DNA from: an uncultured Verrucomicrobiae bacterium
GTDB taxonomy: Bacteria > Verrucomicrobiota > Verrucomicrobiia > Opitutales > JABDGR01
Length of the DNA stretch: 64,000 nt
Reading direction: 5' to 3'
Assembly (NCBI GenBank): GCA_963765205.1
Contig: CAVXVB010000009.1
Span: 1,376,001 to 1,440,000, forward strand
A program made the position numbers and the translations under genes. Below are positions 21,697 to 30,885 of this stretch, one piece after another; position 1 is the first letter of the stretch; each line of letters starts with the position of its first letter. The notes below the pieces were generated by a model. The model had not been told where the DNA came from. It saw only the letters and a list, made by a program, of their open reading frames with translations, and ran no database searches.

Positions 21697-23313
21697 CTAC
21701 CCTTTCCGCCGCCGCAACAGATGCATCGCCAGTTCCCGCAATTCCGGCCATTCCTCGAACTGCGCGGCGCGCAGCAGGCCAAGATAAAAAATGACCGCGG
21801 CCGGGATTAAGCCGAATATCGCAAGCAGGTCGCAAAGGCGCGTGTGCAGCAGCCACGCGATTTGCCGGTCGCCCAGCAGCGCATGCAACCCCCACCAGCC
21901 CGCCAGCGTGAATGCCAGCATCCCCGCGCCCGCCAGCCCAATCACCCCGAGCGCGCGCCCAATCGCCGGGCGCGCCAGCGGCGTCCCCCGGCGCACGGCC
22001 AGCCATTGGAGCATCAAGCACTGAAAGATGGACGACATCAGGTTTGCCAGCGCGAGGCCGCAAGTGCCCAGCGGCTTCATCAGCAACAGCGTCAGCGTGA
22101 TGTTCAAGAAAAAGTCCCATTTCGCCACCCGCACCGGCGTGCCCATGTCCTTTTGCGCGTAGAAGCCGCGGACCGCCAGCGAAGCCAGCGAAAAAAACGG
22201 GATACTCAACGCGCTGATGGCGACCACCGGGGCGACTTCGCTGACCGAGTCGTCGCCGAATTTCCCATGCTCGAAGAGCACCCGCACAATCGGCACCCGC
22301 AGCGCCACCAGCCCCAGCGCCGCCGGCACCGTGATGGCGAGTATCAGCCGCAGCCCCTGCGCATTGGCGCGCCCCATGCCGGAACGGTCGTTCTGCGCCG
22401 CCAGCATGGCAATGCGCGGGAAAAGCACCGTGGACACCGCGATGGTGAACATCCCCAGCGGCAGCTCCATCAGCCGCTGCGAGTAATAAAGCACGGTCGT
22501 CGCCGAGTCGCTCAATCCAAATGCCACGCAGCGCGACACCACGATGTTGATCTGGATGATGGACGCGCCCAGCAAACCCGGCAAAAAAATGCGCGTCATT
22601 TCGCGCAGGCGCGGCGACATGGCAAACTCCCACCCCGGCCGCCACCCCTCGCGCCACAGCGTCGCCGCCGGCATCGCCACCTGCAACAGCCCGCCAAACA
22701 GCACCCCGCCGCATTGCCAATACATTTTCTCCAGCTCGGTCCGCCCAAAATATCCGCCGAACACGCCGAGCGAAACAATCATCGAAATATTCAGCCAGAC
22801 CTGCGACATACCCGAGATCGCATAATGCCCCAGCACATTCAACGCCCCCAGCATGGCCGCCGTCAGGCACACCAGCAATAAATACGGCATGATAACCAGG
22901 CCGAAATCAAAGCCCCAAAACCAGCGTTGCGCCTCTTTCGCCGCCAACCACTGATGGCCCACCGCCCAGTCCGTTGCCCCATGCGCCGCCAGGAGCAAGG
23001 CCATCAGCAACGCTACCGTGCCCGCCAGCACCACCGCCAGCCGCGTGAGCACTTCGTTCAAAAACCGAAACGCCTCCGCCCGCCCGCCCGTTTCCAGCGC
23101 TTCCGACAGCATCGGGATGAACGCCGAGCTGAGCGCGCCCTCGCCCACCAGCCGCCGGAACAAATTCGGCAGCGTGAAGGCCCAACTAAATGCCGAGTTG
23201 ATGGCGTCCGTGCCAAAGAAAAATCCCGCCAGCGAATCCCGCGCCAGCCCGAGGACACGCGAGCCGAACGTCGTCAGCGACACCGCCAGCATGCTTTTCA
23301 GGTGCTTGGCCAT
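21697..23313 (-). CDS. murJ: Lipid II flippase MurJ
   Basis: SRVLGLARD, LPNLFRRLVGEGALSSAFIP, YYSQRLMELPLG. Confidence 0.95.
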   Translation of the reverse strand: MAKHLKSMLAVSLTTFGSRVLGLARDSLAGFFFGTDAINSAFSWAFTLPNLFRRLVGEGALSSAFIPMLSEALETGGRAEAFRFLNEVLTRLAVVLAGTVALLMALLLAAHGATDWAVGHQWLAAKEAQRWFWGFDFGLVIMPYLLLVCLTAAMLGALNVLGHYAISGMSQVWLNISMIVSLGVFGGYFGRTELEKMYWQCGGVLFGGLLQVAMPAATLWREGWRPGWEFAMSPRLREMTRIFLPGLLGASIIQINIVVSRCVAFGLSDSATTVLYYSQRLMELPLGMFTIAVSTVLFPRIAMLAAQNDRSGMGRANAQGLRLILAITVPAALGLVALRVPIVRVLFEHGKFGDDSVSEVAPVVAISALSIPFFSLASLAVRGFYAQKDMGTPVRVAKWDFFLNITLTLLLMKPLGTCGLALANLMSSIFQCLMLQWLAVRRGTPLARPAIGRALGVIGLAGAGMLAFTLAGWWGLHALLGDRQIAWLLHTRLCDLLAIFGLIPAAVIFYLGLLRAAQFEEWPELRELAMHLLRRRKG

Positions 23314-23478
23314 AATACAGCCCGCGACCGCGGGCAGGGGTTAAAACGGCCACCATGACGCCCCCGAACTGTTTGTTCAAGAAAAAATGAACAAAGATTG
23401 CCCCCCAGCCCGCGCCACCCCGCTGGCCAAGAATTGCCCTTGCCCGCGCCGCCCGCTTGCTGCTACCGTCTCCCTTTC

Positions 23479-24519
23479 ATGATCTCGCTCATCGAAACCT
23501 TGGCTGAACGCCTGGCCCGGCACCCCAAACGCGTGGTGTTCCCGGAAGGCTCCGACTCGCGCATCCTCCAGGCCGCCCGCCAGTTTGCCACCCGCAAGCT
23601 CGGCGTGCCCATCCTGCTGGGTGACCGCACCGTCATCAAGGAAAACGCCGCCCGGCTCGACTTGCGGCTGGACGGCTTGCGCATTATCGAGCCGGCGCGC
23701 GCCGACGAATTCATGGATTTCGTCGCGAAGTTCCAGGGCCTGCGCCGCTTCAAGGGCCTCAACGAGTTCGAGGCGCGCGACTATGTGGCCGGCAACAATT
23801 ATTTCGCCGCCCTCCTCCTCGCCACCATGGGTGCGGACGCGGTCGTCGCCGGCGCCACCCAAATCGCCGCCAGCGGCCTGCGCCCGCTCTTTCAAGTGCT
23901 GCCCCTGCAGGACGGCGTGACCACCGCCTCTTCCATGGCCATCGCCGAAACGAGCAATCCGCAAATCGGCATCAACGGCCATCTCTTCCTCGCCGACTGC
24001 GGCGTCCTCCCCAACCCGACCGCCGAGCAGCTCGCCGACATCGCCGTCACCACCGCCGCCCTCGCCCATCACTTGACGAACGAAACGCCGCGCGTCGCCA
24101 TGCTCGCCTACTCAACCAAGAGCCGCGACCCGAAAAATCCCGTCATCGGTAAAGTCCAGGCCGCCACCATCCTCGCCCACCACAAGGCTCAATCACGCGG
24201 TTTGGCCATCGAAATTGACGGCGAACTCCAGCTCGACGCCGCGCTCGACCCCGTCACCGCCCGTCAAAAAGGCGTCGAAGGCTCCGTCGGCGGCCGCGCC
24301 AACGTGCTGGTCTTTCCCGACCTCAACAGCGGTAACATCGCACTGAAAATGATCCAGGCCGTCGCCAGCGCGCGCACCTACGGCCAAATCATCACCGGCC
24401 TCACCCGCCCTGCCGCGGAAATCAGCCGCGGTGCCAGCGCACACGATATTTTTGGCACCGCCGTCATCGTCGCCGCCCAAGCCGTGGACCACAGCTTCCT
24501 CTACAGCCACGCGCCGTGA
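23479..24519 (+). CDS. pta: Phosphate acyltransferase (short Pta, catalytic domain only)
   Basis: KRVVFPEG, LADCGV.PNP, VAML.YST, IDGELQLDAAL, ANVLVFPDLNSGNI, ISRGAS..DI. Confidence 0.88.
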   Translation: MISLIETLAERLARHPKRVVFPEGSDSRILQAARQFATRKLGVPILLGDRTVIKENAARLDLRLDGLRIIEPARADEFMDFVAKFQGLRRFKGLNEFEARDYVAGNNYFAALLLATMGADAVVAGATQIAASGLRPLFQVLPLQDGVTTASSMAIAETSNPQIGINGHLFLADCGVLPNPTAEQLADIAVTTAALAHHLTNETPRVAMLAYSTKSRDPKNPVIGKVQAATILAHHKAQSRGLAIEIDGELQLDAALDPVTARQKGVEGSVGGRANVLVFPDLNSGNIALKMIQAVASARTYGQIITGLTRPAAEISRGASAHDIFGTAVIVAAQAVDHSFLYSHAP

Positions 24520-24574
24520 ACCACGCTGCGGGTAATGGGTTGCCCACAAGGGTCAAGCACCCGGGATGAAATTC

Positions 24575-24706
24575 CTGAGTGCTGAGTGCTGGATGCTATA
24601 ATGTAACGGAACACCCCGCCATAGTTGCCCGGTGTTCGCAATCAGAATTCGGCATTCAGCAATCAGCATTTTGGGCTTCATCCTTCATCCCTCATCCTTC
24701 ATCCTT
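24575..24706. repeat. Heptamer arrays: (TGAGTGC)n ... (CAGCAwT)n inverted pair followed by (TCATCCT)x4
   Basis: Visible directly; (TCATCCT)n also near 45800-45830 (reverse) and 49620-49637. Confidence 0.75.
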
Positions 24707-24713
24707 GCCTTTC

Positions 24714-25898
24714 ATGCCCGAAGAACTCAGCCAGCCGCTCCTCAGCCAGCCGACCTTCACCGACGGCAGCGACCCGACGCTGCTGGCCGCGCCGCGCAAC
24801 GTCATCACCAAGCGCATCTTCGTCGCCGCCACCCGCATGAACGAAGGCAAGACCACCGTCTGCCTCGGCTTGTTTGCCGCCCTGCGTTCCCTCTCGCCCA
24901 GCGTCGGTTACATCAAGCCCATCGGCCAGCGCTTCGTCGAAGTCCAGGGCGCAAAAATTGACGAAGACTCACTGCTGCTCGACAGCATTTTCCAGGTCGA
25001 GGTGCCCATCGAAGCCATGAGTCCGGTCGCCGTGGACTCCAGTTTTACGCGTCGCTACCTCGCCGACCCCGCGCTCAACCTGCCACTCCTCAAAGACCGC
25101 ATGTGCCGCGCCTTCGACCGCGTTTCTTTCCACAAAGACTACATTATCATCGAGGGCACCGGCCACGCCGGCGTCGGCTCCATCTTCGACATGTCCAACG
25201 CCCAGGCCGCAAAACTCTTCAAGGCCAAGGTCATCATCGTTTCCGAGGGCGGCATCGGCCGGCCGGTGGACGAAATCGCGATGAACAAGGCCCTCTTCGA
25301 CAAGCACAACGTCGAGGTCATCGGTGCGATCTTGAACAAATGTGTGCCCGACAAAATTGAGCAGGTCATCGAATACGCCGGCAAGGGCCTTGAGCGCCTC
25401 GGCGTGCCCCTGCTTGGCGCCATCCCCCTCCAAAAACCGCTGACCGCGCCCAACCTCTCCCAAGTCGTGGACGAAATCGGTGGGCGCTGGCTCAACGGCC
25501 GCTCGCAGGGCCTCAACGAGCGCGTCCTGCGCATCGTCATCGGCGCAATGACTGCTAAAGGCATGATGGATTACCTCCAGCCCGGCGTCCTCATGCTCAC
25601 CCCCGGCGACCGCGACGACATCCTCCTCTCCGCCATCGCGCAAGCCGGCCTCACCGGCAAAAAAGTCGTCTCCGGCATCATCCTCACGCGCAACATCATG
25701 CCCCACCCCCGGATGCTCGAAATGCTCCACCAAACCAACATCCCCACCGTCATCACCGACGACGAAAGCTACGCCGTCGCCTCGAAAATCGTCAACATGA
25801 CCATCAAAACCCAGCCACAGGACACCGACAAAATTCCCATCATCAAACGACTCATTTTGGACAACGTGGACCTGCAGAAAATTTTGAAGGCGTTTTGA
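24714..25898 (+). CDS. AAA_26/BioD-like plus DRTGG domain protein (Pta N-terminal-like)
   Basis: ATRMNEGKTT, GYIKPIG, IIEGTGHAGVGS, TPGDRDDI. Confidence 0.88.
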   Translation: MPEELSQPLLSQPTFTDGSDPTLLAAPRNVITKRIFVAATRMNEGKTTVCLGLFAALRSLSPSVGYIKPIGQRFVEVQGAKIDEDSLLLDSIFQVEVPIEAMSPVAVDSSFTRRYLADPALNLPLLKDRMCRAFDRVSFHKDYIIIEGTGHAGVGSIFDMSNAQAAKLFKAKVIIVSEGGIGRPVDEIAMNKALFDKHNVEVIGAILNKCVPDKIEQVIEYAGKGLERLGVPLLGAIPLQKPLTAPNLSQVVDEIGGRWLNGRSQGLNERVLRIVIGAMTAKGMMDYLQPGVLMLTPGDRDDILLSAIAQAGLTGKKVVSGIILTRNIMPHPRMLEMLHQTNIPTVITDDESYAVASKIVNMTIKTQPQDTDKIPIIKRLILDNVDLQKILKAF

Positions 25899-25986
25899 GG
25901 GCTAGTTCCAGTGGATGATTTTGGTTTTTTCAATGATTTCTTAAATCGAGAAATACTCTTCGATAAACCTATTGTAGACGTCAAGG

Positions 25987-26178
25987 TCACTCTTTGGCAT
26001 CCAAGCCAAAATCATCAAAGTAAGCCTTGTTCGTGGACAAATCCGGCGGGCCTTCAATGCACCCAGCAAACTCCTTCAAAGCTTCCAGCATGTTGACACT
26101 ATCGTCTTTGCGGAGGCGCTTCCTCAAAGCCAAACGGGCGTCGAGTTCCTTCGGGAGTTTGACTGTCCGCTTGACCAT
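25987..26178 (-). CDS. Small RHH/CopG-like antitoxin, no intact toxin adjacent
   Basis: RTVKLPKELDARL and GCIEGPPDLSTNKAYFDDFG tail, typical of antitoxins preceding PIN toxins. Confidence 0.6.
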   Translation of the reverse strand: MVKRTVKLPKELDARLALRKRLRKDDSVNMLEALKEFAGCIEGPPDLSTNKAYFDDFGLDAKE

Positions 26179-26251
26179 GCCTTGGGTAATACAGCGCGGT
26201 CTTACGCGAGTCAAGCACCGCCTGATCCGCTTCGGCGCACGCCCGCCTCCC

Positions 26252-27253
26252 TTAAATAAACATCTGCGCAAACTGTAGCCCCGTATTCACGGTGATGGCC
26301 ACCACCATGATCCCTGCCGCCGTGGGAAACGACTTCGCCTCCGTGCAGGTGGTGATCAACCCCAGCAAGACCATGCCGGCCACAATCTGGTCGGCCTGCA
26401 CCATGGCCGCGATTTTCCCAAAATCGTTCAGCGTGAACAGCCACGCCATGATCTCGTTGCACAACGAAGTTCCCGCCGCGACCAGCACCGCATCCATCCA
26501 AATCAACGGAAAATCCTTGTAGGCAAAAACGCCCTTGAGCACCAGCGTCATCACCACCGTCTTGAGCACCAAGCCGGCCAAAAATCCCTCGATGTTATCC
26601 GGCCGCGACCACGGCGACCCGTCGCCCGAACCCCCACCCACCAATTTCTCCAAACCGCTCGGGATGGCGGGTGCTCCGGGCGACGTGCCCGCCTCCTCCC
26701 CGCCCTGGCCCGGTCCGAGCGCCTTCGCCAGCACGCCGGACATCGTCGTGCCCTGGGGAATAATGGAGGGGCTTGAGAGGTCACCGATAAGTTTTTCGGA
26801 ATTTTGATCATCCGAGCTGGCCGCAGCCGCAGCAGCCGCAGCGGGCGCGGAGGGCGGCGCGGCGGCAGGCGGCATAGAATCAGGAGACCCAGACTGGGTG
26901 GCGGTATTGACTGAGGAGTCCGCCGCCGCCGCTGGAGCGGCAGTGGCCGCCGTCACCACCGGAGCAGCCGCCACAACGGCCACCGGCTTTAACGCCTCCG
27001 GCACCGCGCCACTGATATCGGACACCTCCCCGTTCTGGATCTGGATGACCAGGCCGCCCTTATACATCAGCAATTCATTATTGCCCACCGCCCCATCGGA
27101 GCTCGGTTCACCCAGCGCTGTAATAACGTCCTGGCGCGTCAAGTGGTCGCGCCAGGCGTGCGCGGCGGTTTGGGCGCGCGCCGCCCCGGTAAAAAATAAA
27201 ATGCCTATCGCCAGCATAACCCAAACCCGCGTCGGTCGTGGCCGAAACGTCAT
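26252..27253 (-). CDS. Hypothetical exported/membrane protein (signal peptide, small N-domain, Ala/Pro linker, C-terminal TM bundle); start uncertain
   Basis: ORF 26252-27331 with AxA signal-like segment and hydrophobic C-terminus. Confidence 0.65.
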   Translation of the reverse strand: MTFRPRPTRVWVMLAIGILFFTGAARAQTAAHAWRDHLTRQDVITALGEPSSDGAVGNNELLMYKGGLVIQIQNGEVSDISGAVPEALKPVAVVAAAPVVTAATAAPAAAADSSVNTATQSGSPDSMPPAAAPPSAPAAAAAAAASSDDQNSEKLIGDLSSPSIIPQGTTMSGVLAKALGPGQGGEEAGTSPGAPAIPSGLEKLVGGGSGDGSPWSRPDNIEGFLAGLVLKTVVMTLVLKGVFAYKDFPLIWMDAVLVAAGTSLCNEIMAWLFTLNDFGKIAAMVQADQIVAGMVLLGLITTCTEAKSFPTAAGIMVVAITVNTGLQFAQMFI

Positions 27254-27385
27254 CCCGCAACGCTTAATGGAAAACGAGGGCATGGAAAAGAATCGTGGCC
27301 TGCGCTTGCGCAGTCCCCCGGATTTTCCCATCTTAGTCCCCGCGGGGCAAGCGCGAACGCTTCCCGCCCTCGGTTCCCCTCCCTT

Positions 27386-28612
27386 ATGTCATCTTCCCCA
27401 CGCGTGGTCATTGCCGGCGGCGGCGCGGCCGGTTTTTTTGCCGCGCTGGCCTGCGCCGAAGCCAATCCGCGCGCGACCGTGCAGATTTTCGAGCGCAGCC
27501 CCGAAATTCTCGCCAAGGTGCGCGTCTCCGGCGGCGGGCGCTGCAATGTGACCCACGCCTGCTTCGACCCCGCCGAACTCGTCAAAAATTACCCGCGCGG
27601 CGGCCGCGAATTGCTCGGGCCGTTTCACCACTTCCAGCCCAGCGACACCGTCGCGTGGTTCGAGCAGCGCGGCGTCGCCCTCAAGACCGAGGACGACGGG
27701 CGCATGTTTCCCACCACCGATTCTTCGCAGACCATTATTGATTGCCTGACCCGCGAAGCCGCGCGCCTCAACGTGCGCGTGCGCACCGGCTGCGGCGTCG
27801 CGGAAGTCTTCAAGAAGGACACAGCCCTGCATGTTATTCTCACCGAGGACGGCACCGTCGAGTGCGATTGCCTGCTGCTGGCGACGGGAGGTTCCCGCGG
27901 AATCAAAGGCCACGGCCTCGCCGAATCGCTCGGCCACACCATCGAACCGCCGGTGCCCTCGCTCTTCACCTTTGACCTCGCGGACCCGCGCCTGCACGCC
28001 CTCGCCGGCATCTCGTCGCCCAACGCGCGCGTGAAAATCGCCGGCACGCCGCTCGACGAAACGGGCCCGCTGCTCATCACCCATTGGGGCCTGAGCGGGC
28101 CGTGCATTCTGCGCGCCTCGGCCTGGGGCGCGCGCCTGCTCGCGCAACGCGACTATAAATTCACCCTTCAGGTGCAGTGGCTCGCCGACTGCGACTATAA
28201 GCGCGTCGCCAACCTCATTCAGGACGCACGCCGGCATCATTCGCGCAAGCACGTCACCCTCTGGTCGCCCATGGGCCTGCCGCAACGCCTCTGGGAACGC
28301 CTCGTCCTCGCCGCCGGCATCAACCCCGACCTCACCTGGAACACGCTCTCGAAGCAAGGTGCGGAAGCGCTCGCCCACGAACTCTGCGCGGGCGAATACA
28401 AAGTCACCGGCAAGAGCATGTATAAGGAGGAATTCGTGACCTGCGGCGGCGTGGCGCTCAAGGAAGTGGATTTCCGCACCATGCAAAGCCGCGTCTGCCC
28501 CGGCCTCTACCTCGCCGGCGAAGTCCTCGACCTCGACGCCATCACCGGCGGCTTCAATTTCCAAGCCGCCTGGACCACCGGCTGGATCGCCGGCCAGGCC
28601 ATGGCGCGTTAA
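27386..28612 (+). CDS. HI0933/BaiN family FAD-dependent oxidoreductase
   Basis: GGGAAG, KVRVSGGGRCNVT, GRMFP, THWGLSGP, VTCGGV, TGGFNFQAAWTTG. Confidence 0.94.
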   Translation: MSSSPRVVIAGGGAAGFFAALACAEANPRATVQIFERSPEILAKVRVSGGGRCNVTHACFDPAELVKNYPRGGRELLGPFHHFQPSDTVAWFEQRGVALKTEDDGRMFPTTDSSQTIIDCLTREAARLNVRVRTGCGVAEVFKKDTALHVILTEDGTVECDCLLLATGGSRGIKGHGLAESLGHTIEPPVPSLFTFDLADPRLHALAGISSPNARVKIAGTPLDETGPLLITHWGLSGPCILRASAWGARLLAQRDYKFTLQVQWLADCDYKRVANLIQDARRHHSRKHVTLWSPMGLPQRLWERLVLAAGINPDLTWNTLSKQGAEALAHELCAGEYKVTGKSMYKEEFVTCGGVALKEVDFRTMQSRVCPGLYLAGEVLDLDAITGGFNFQAAWTTGWIAGQAMAR

Positions 28613-28693
28613 GCGTCACTTTTCCCTTGATCATTATTGAACAAATACAAAGTCTGGTAAACACTTCTACTAATAGAATCTTGTATTCAACTT

Positions 28694-29160
28694 GCCTATT
28701 ACAATTTCGTCAAGTTTCACTCCAAAGTTCGCATGACTCCGGCGATGGCCGCTGGCGTTGAGCAATCGCCCCTAGAAGTCGCTAACCTCGTTGAACTGGC
28801 ACAATGACGCCACCGGATTACATAGAGCATTTACAGAAGGCCATTAAAAAGACTTTCGGCCTAGAGTCGAAGCACATTGAAACGCTGTCCGTGTTTGAAA
28901 CATTCCGGGGCAAGGTTATGTTCGATAGCGAGGTAGAGGTTTTTGAGGTAAAGGGGCATCCAACCGCCAAGCGCGCCTATGCGTGGGCAAAGAATAACGA
29001 AATCGGTTCAGACTCAACCGTGGTATTAGAGCGCCCACCCATCAAAAATGCGTTGGATGCTGTCCGCGCGGCGCTGGCGACAGAGTATAAGCGCAGACAG
29101 CAAAATTAGGCCCAAGTCAAGCGCCCTATCAGTAAACGACTTTCAAATTAGGACACTACC
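28694..29160 (+). mobile_element. Right-end remnant of an IS1-like element: transposase tail, passenger gene and right IR
   Basis: AYYNFVKFHSKVRMTPAMAAGV..LVELAQ* (28694-28807); IR CAAATTAGGACACTACC ending at 29160; left end not found. Confidence 0.8.
28804..29109 (+). CDS. Hypothetical protein, element passenger
   Basis: 101-aa ORF (VEVFEVKGHPTAKRAYAW), ATGA-coupled to the transposase tail. Confidence 0.75.
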   Translation: MTPPDYIEHLQKAIKKTFGLESKHIETLSVFETFRGKVMFDSEVEVFEVKGHPTAKRAYAWAKNNEIGSDSTVVLERPPIKNALDAVRAALATEYKRRQQN

Positions 29161-29256
29161 GTAACTGAATTGACGCCAAGATATGGCTATCTAAAGCAAA
29201 ACCCAGCATAAATTTAATAGATACTTCGTCATTCCATTATATAGATTGACCCAAAC

Positions 29257-30624
29257 ATGCTCCGCTCAATCAATCCCGCCACTGGCGAACTCATCGCCGA
29301 GTTTGCGCCGCATTCGCCGCCCGAAATCAACGAGGCGGTCGCGGCGGCGCACGCGGCGTTCGAGCATTGGTGTCGCGTTCCCATCGCCGCGCGTGCGGAG
29401 AAACTGCACGCGCTCGCGAAAATGCTGCGGCAACAACGCAACCACTGCGCGCGCCTCGCCTCCGAGGAAATGGGCAAGCCCGTCACCGAAGCCCTCGCCG
29501 AAATTGAAAAGTGCGCCTGGGTCTGCGAATACTACGCCGAACACGGCCCGGCCATGCTGGCCGACGAGCCGGTGAAAACCGAGGCGCGCGAAAGCTTCAT
29601 CACCTTCCAGCCGCTTGGCGTCGTCCTCGCGGTGATGCCATGGAATTTTCCGTTCTGGCAGTTTTTCCGCGCCGCCGCGCCGATTTTGCTCGGGGGCAAC
29701 GCGCTGGTGCTCAAGCACGCCTCGAACGTCCCGCGCTGCGCTTTGGCCATCGAACACCTGTTCCGCGAAGCCGCGTGGCCGGCTGATTTGGTGCGCGTCA
29801 TCCTCGCCGGGCCGGAGGGCGCGGGCGCCGCGCTGGCGCATGAATTGGTCTGCGGCGTGACGCTGACCGGCAGCGCCGCCGCCGGCATGCAAATCGCCGC
29901 CCAAGCCAGCTCCGTCCTGAAAAAATGCGTCATGGAACTCGGCGGCAGCGACCCCTATCTCATCCTCGAAGACGCCGACCTTGCCCAGGCGGCCAAACTC
30001 TGCGCGCAATCGCGCTGCAACAACGCGGGGCAAACCTGTATCGCGGCGAAACGCTTCATCGTTATCGAAAACGTGCGCGCAGCGTTCGAGGATAAATTGC
30101 TGGCCGAGTTGCGCGCCTGGGCGCCGGGCCACCCGCTCGACCCCGCGACCAAGCTCGGCCCGCTCGCCCGCGCCGAGGGCCGCGCCGCCTTGCAAAAACA
30201 AGTGGACGCCAGCATCGCCGCGGGCGCGAAACTGCTCCTCGGTGGCGCACCCCTTCCAGGGCCGGGCAATTTCTATCCCCCCACCCTGCTCACTGGCGTG
30301 CGACCCGGCATGGCGGCCTTTGACGAGGAAACCTTCGGCCCCATCGCCGCCGTCATTTCCGCCCATGACGAAGCCGACGCCGTTGCGCTGGCCAACCGCC
30401 ACCACTACGGCTTGGGCGCGGCGGTGTTCACGCGCGACCTCGGGCGCGGCCGCCGCCTGGCCCGCACGGAGCTGGCCGCGGGTTTTTGCTGCGTCAACGA
30501 TTTCGTCAAAAGCGACCCCCGCCTGCCCTTCGGCGGCGTGAAACAATCCGGTTACGGGCGCGAACTGGGCTTGTTTGGCGCCCGGGAATTCGTGAACATC
30601 AAAAGCGTCGTGGTGCGGGAGTAA
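29257..30624 (+). CDS. NAD(P)-dependent succinate-semialdehyde dehydrogenase-like aldehyde dehydrogenase
   Basis: MPWNFPFWQ, LKHASNVP, TLTGS, MELGGSDP, NAGQTCIAAKR, EETFGP, PFGGVKQSGYGRELG. Confidence 0.92.
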   Translation: MLRSINPATGELIAEFAPHSPPEINEAVAAAHAAFEHWCRVPIAARAEKLHALAKMLRQQRNHCARLASEEMGKPVTEALAEIEKCAWVCEYYAEHGPAMLADEPVKTEARESFITFQPLGVVLAVMPWNFPFWQFFRAAAPILLGGNALVLKHASNVPRCALAIEHLFREAAWPADLVRVILAGPEGAGAALAHELVCGVTLTGSAAAGMQIAAQASSVLKKCVMELGGSDPYLILEDADLAQAAKLCAQSRCNNAGQTCIAAKRFIVIENVRAAFEDKLLAELRAWAPGHPLDPATKLGPLARAEGRAALQKQVDASIAAGAKLLLGGAPLPGPGNFYPPTLLTGVRPGMAAFDEETFGPIAAVISAHDEADAVALANRHHYGLGAAVFTRDLGRGRRLARTELAAGFCCVNDFVKSDPRLPFGGVKQSGYGRELGLFGAREFVNIKSVVVRE

Positions 30625-30662
30625 ATTCTCCTAAAAAATCAATGAATCAATTTGACCAGCCT

Positions 30663-30740
30663 TCCGTAGCGCGGTGCTTTAGCCCGCGCTTCGAGTCTCA
30701 CGAATGTCCCGGAGCGCGGGCTGAAGCACCGCGCTACGGA
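30663..30740. repeat. GTAG-type REP doublet
   Basis: ccGTAGcgcggtgctttagcccgcgct ... agcgcgggctgaagcaccgcgCTACgg. Confidence 0.8.
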
Positions 30741-30885
30741 TCAATCCAGTTTCAAAACAGGCTCTAGTCTTCTTCCGCCCACCACCACTTTTGCCGTGGC
30801 TTGGATTTTTTCCATTTTCCATCTTCCCTCTTCCATTCTCTTTTCATTTTTCCATCTTCCATTTTCCATTCCGCATCAGCGCCCC

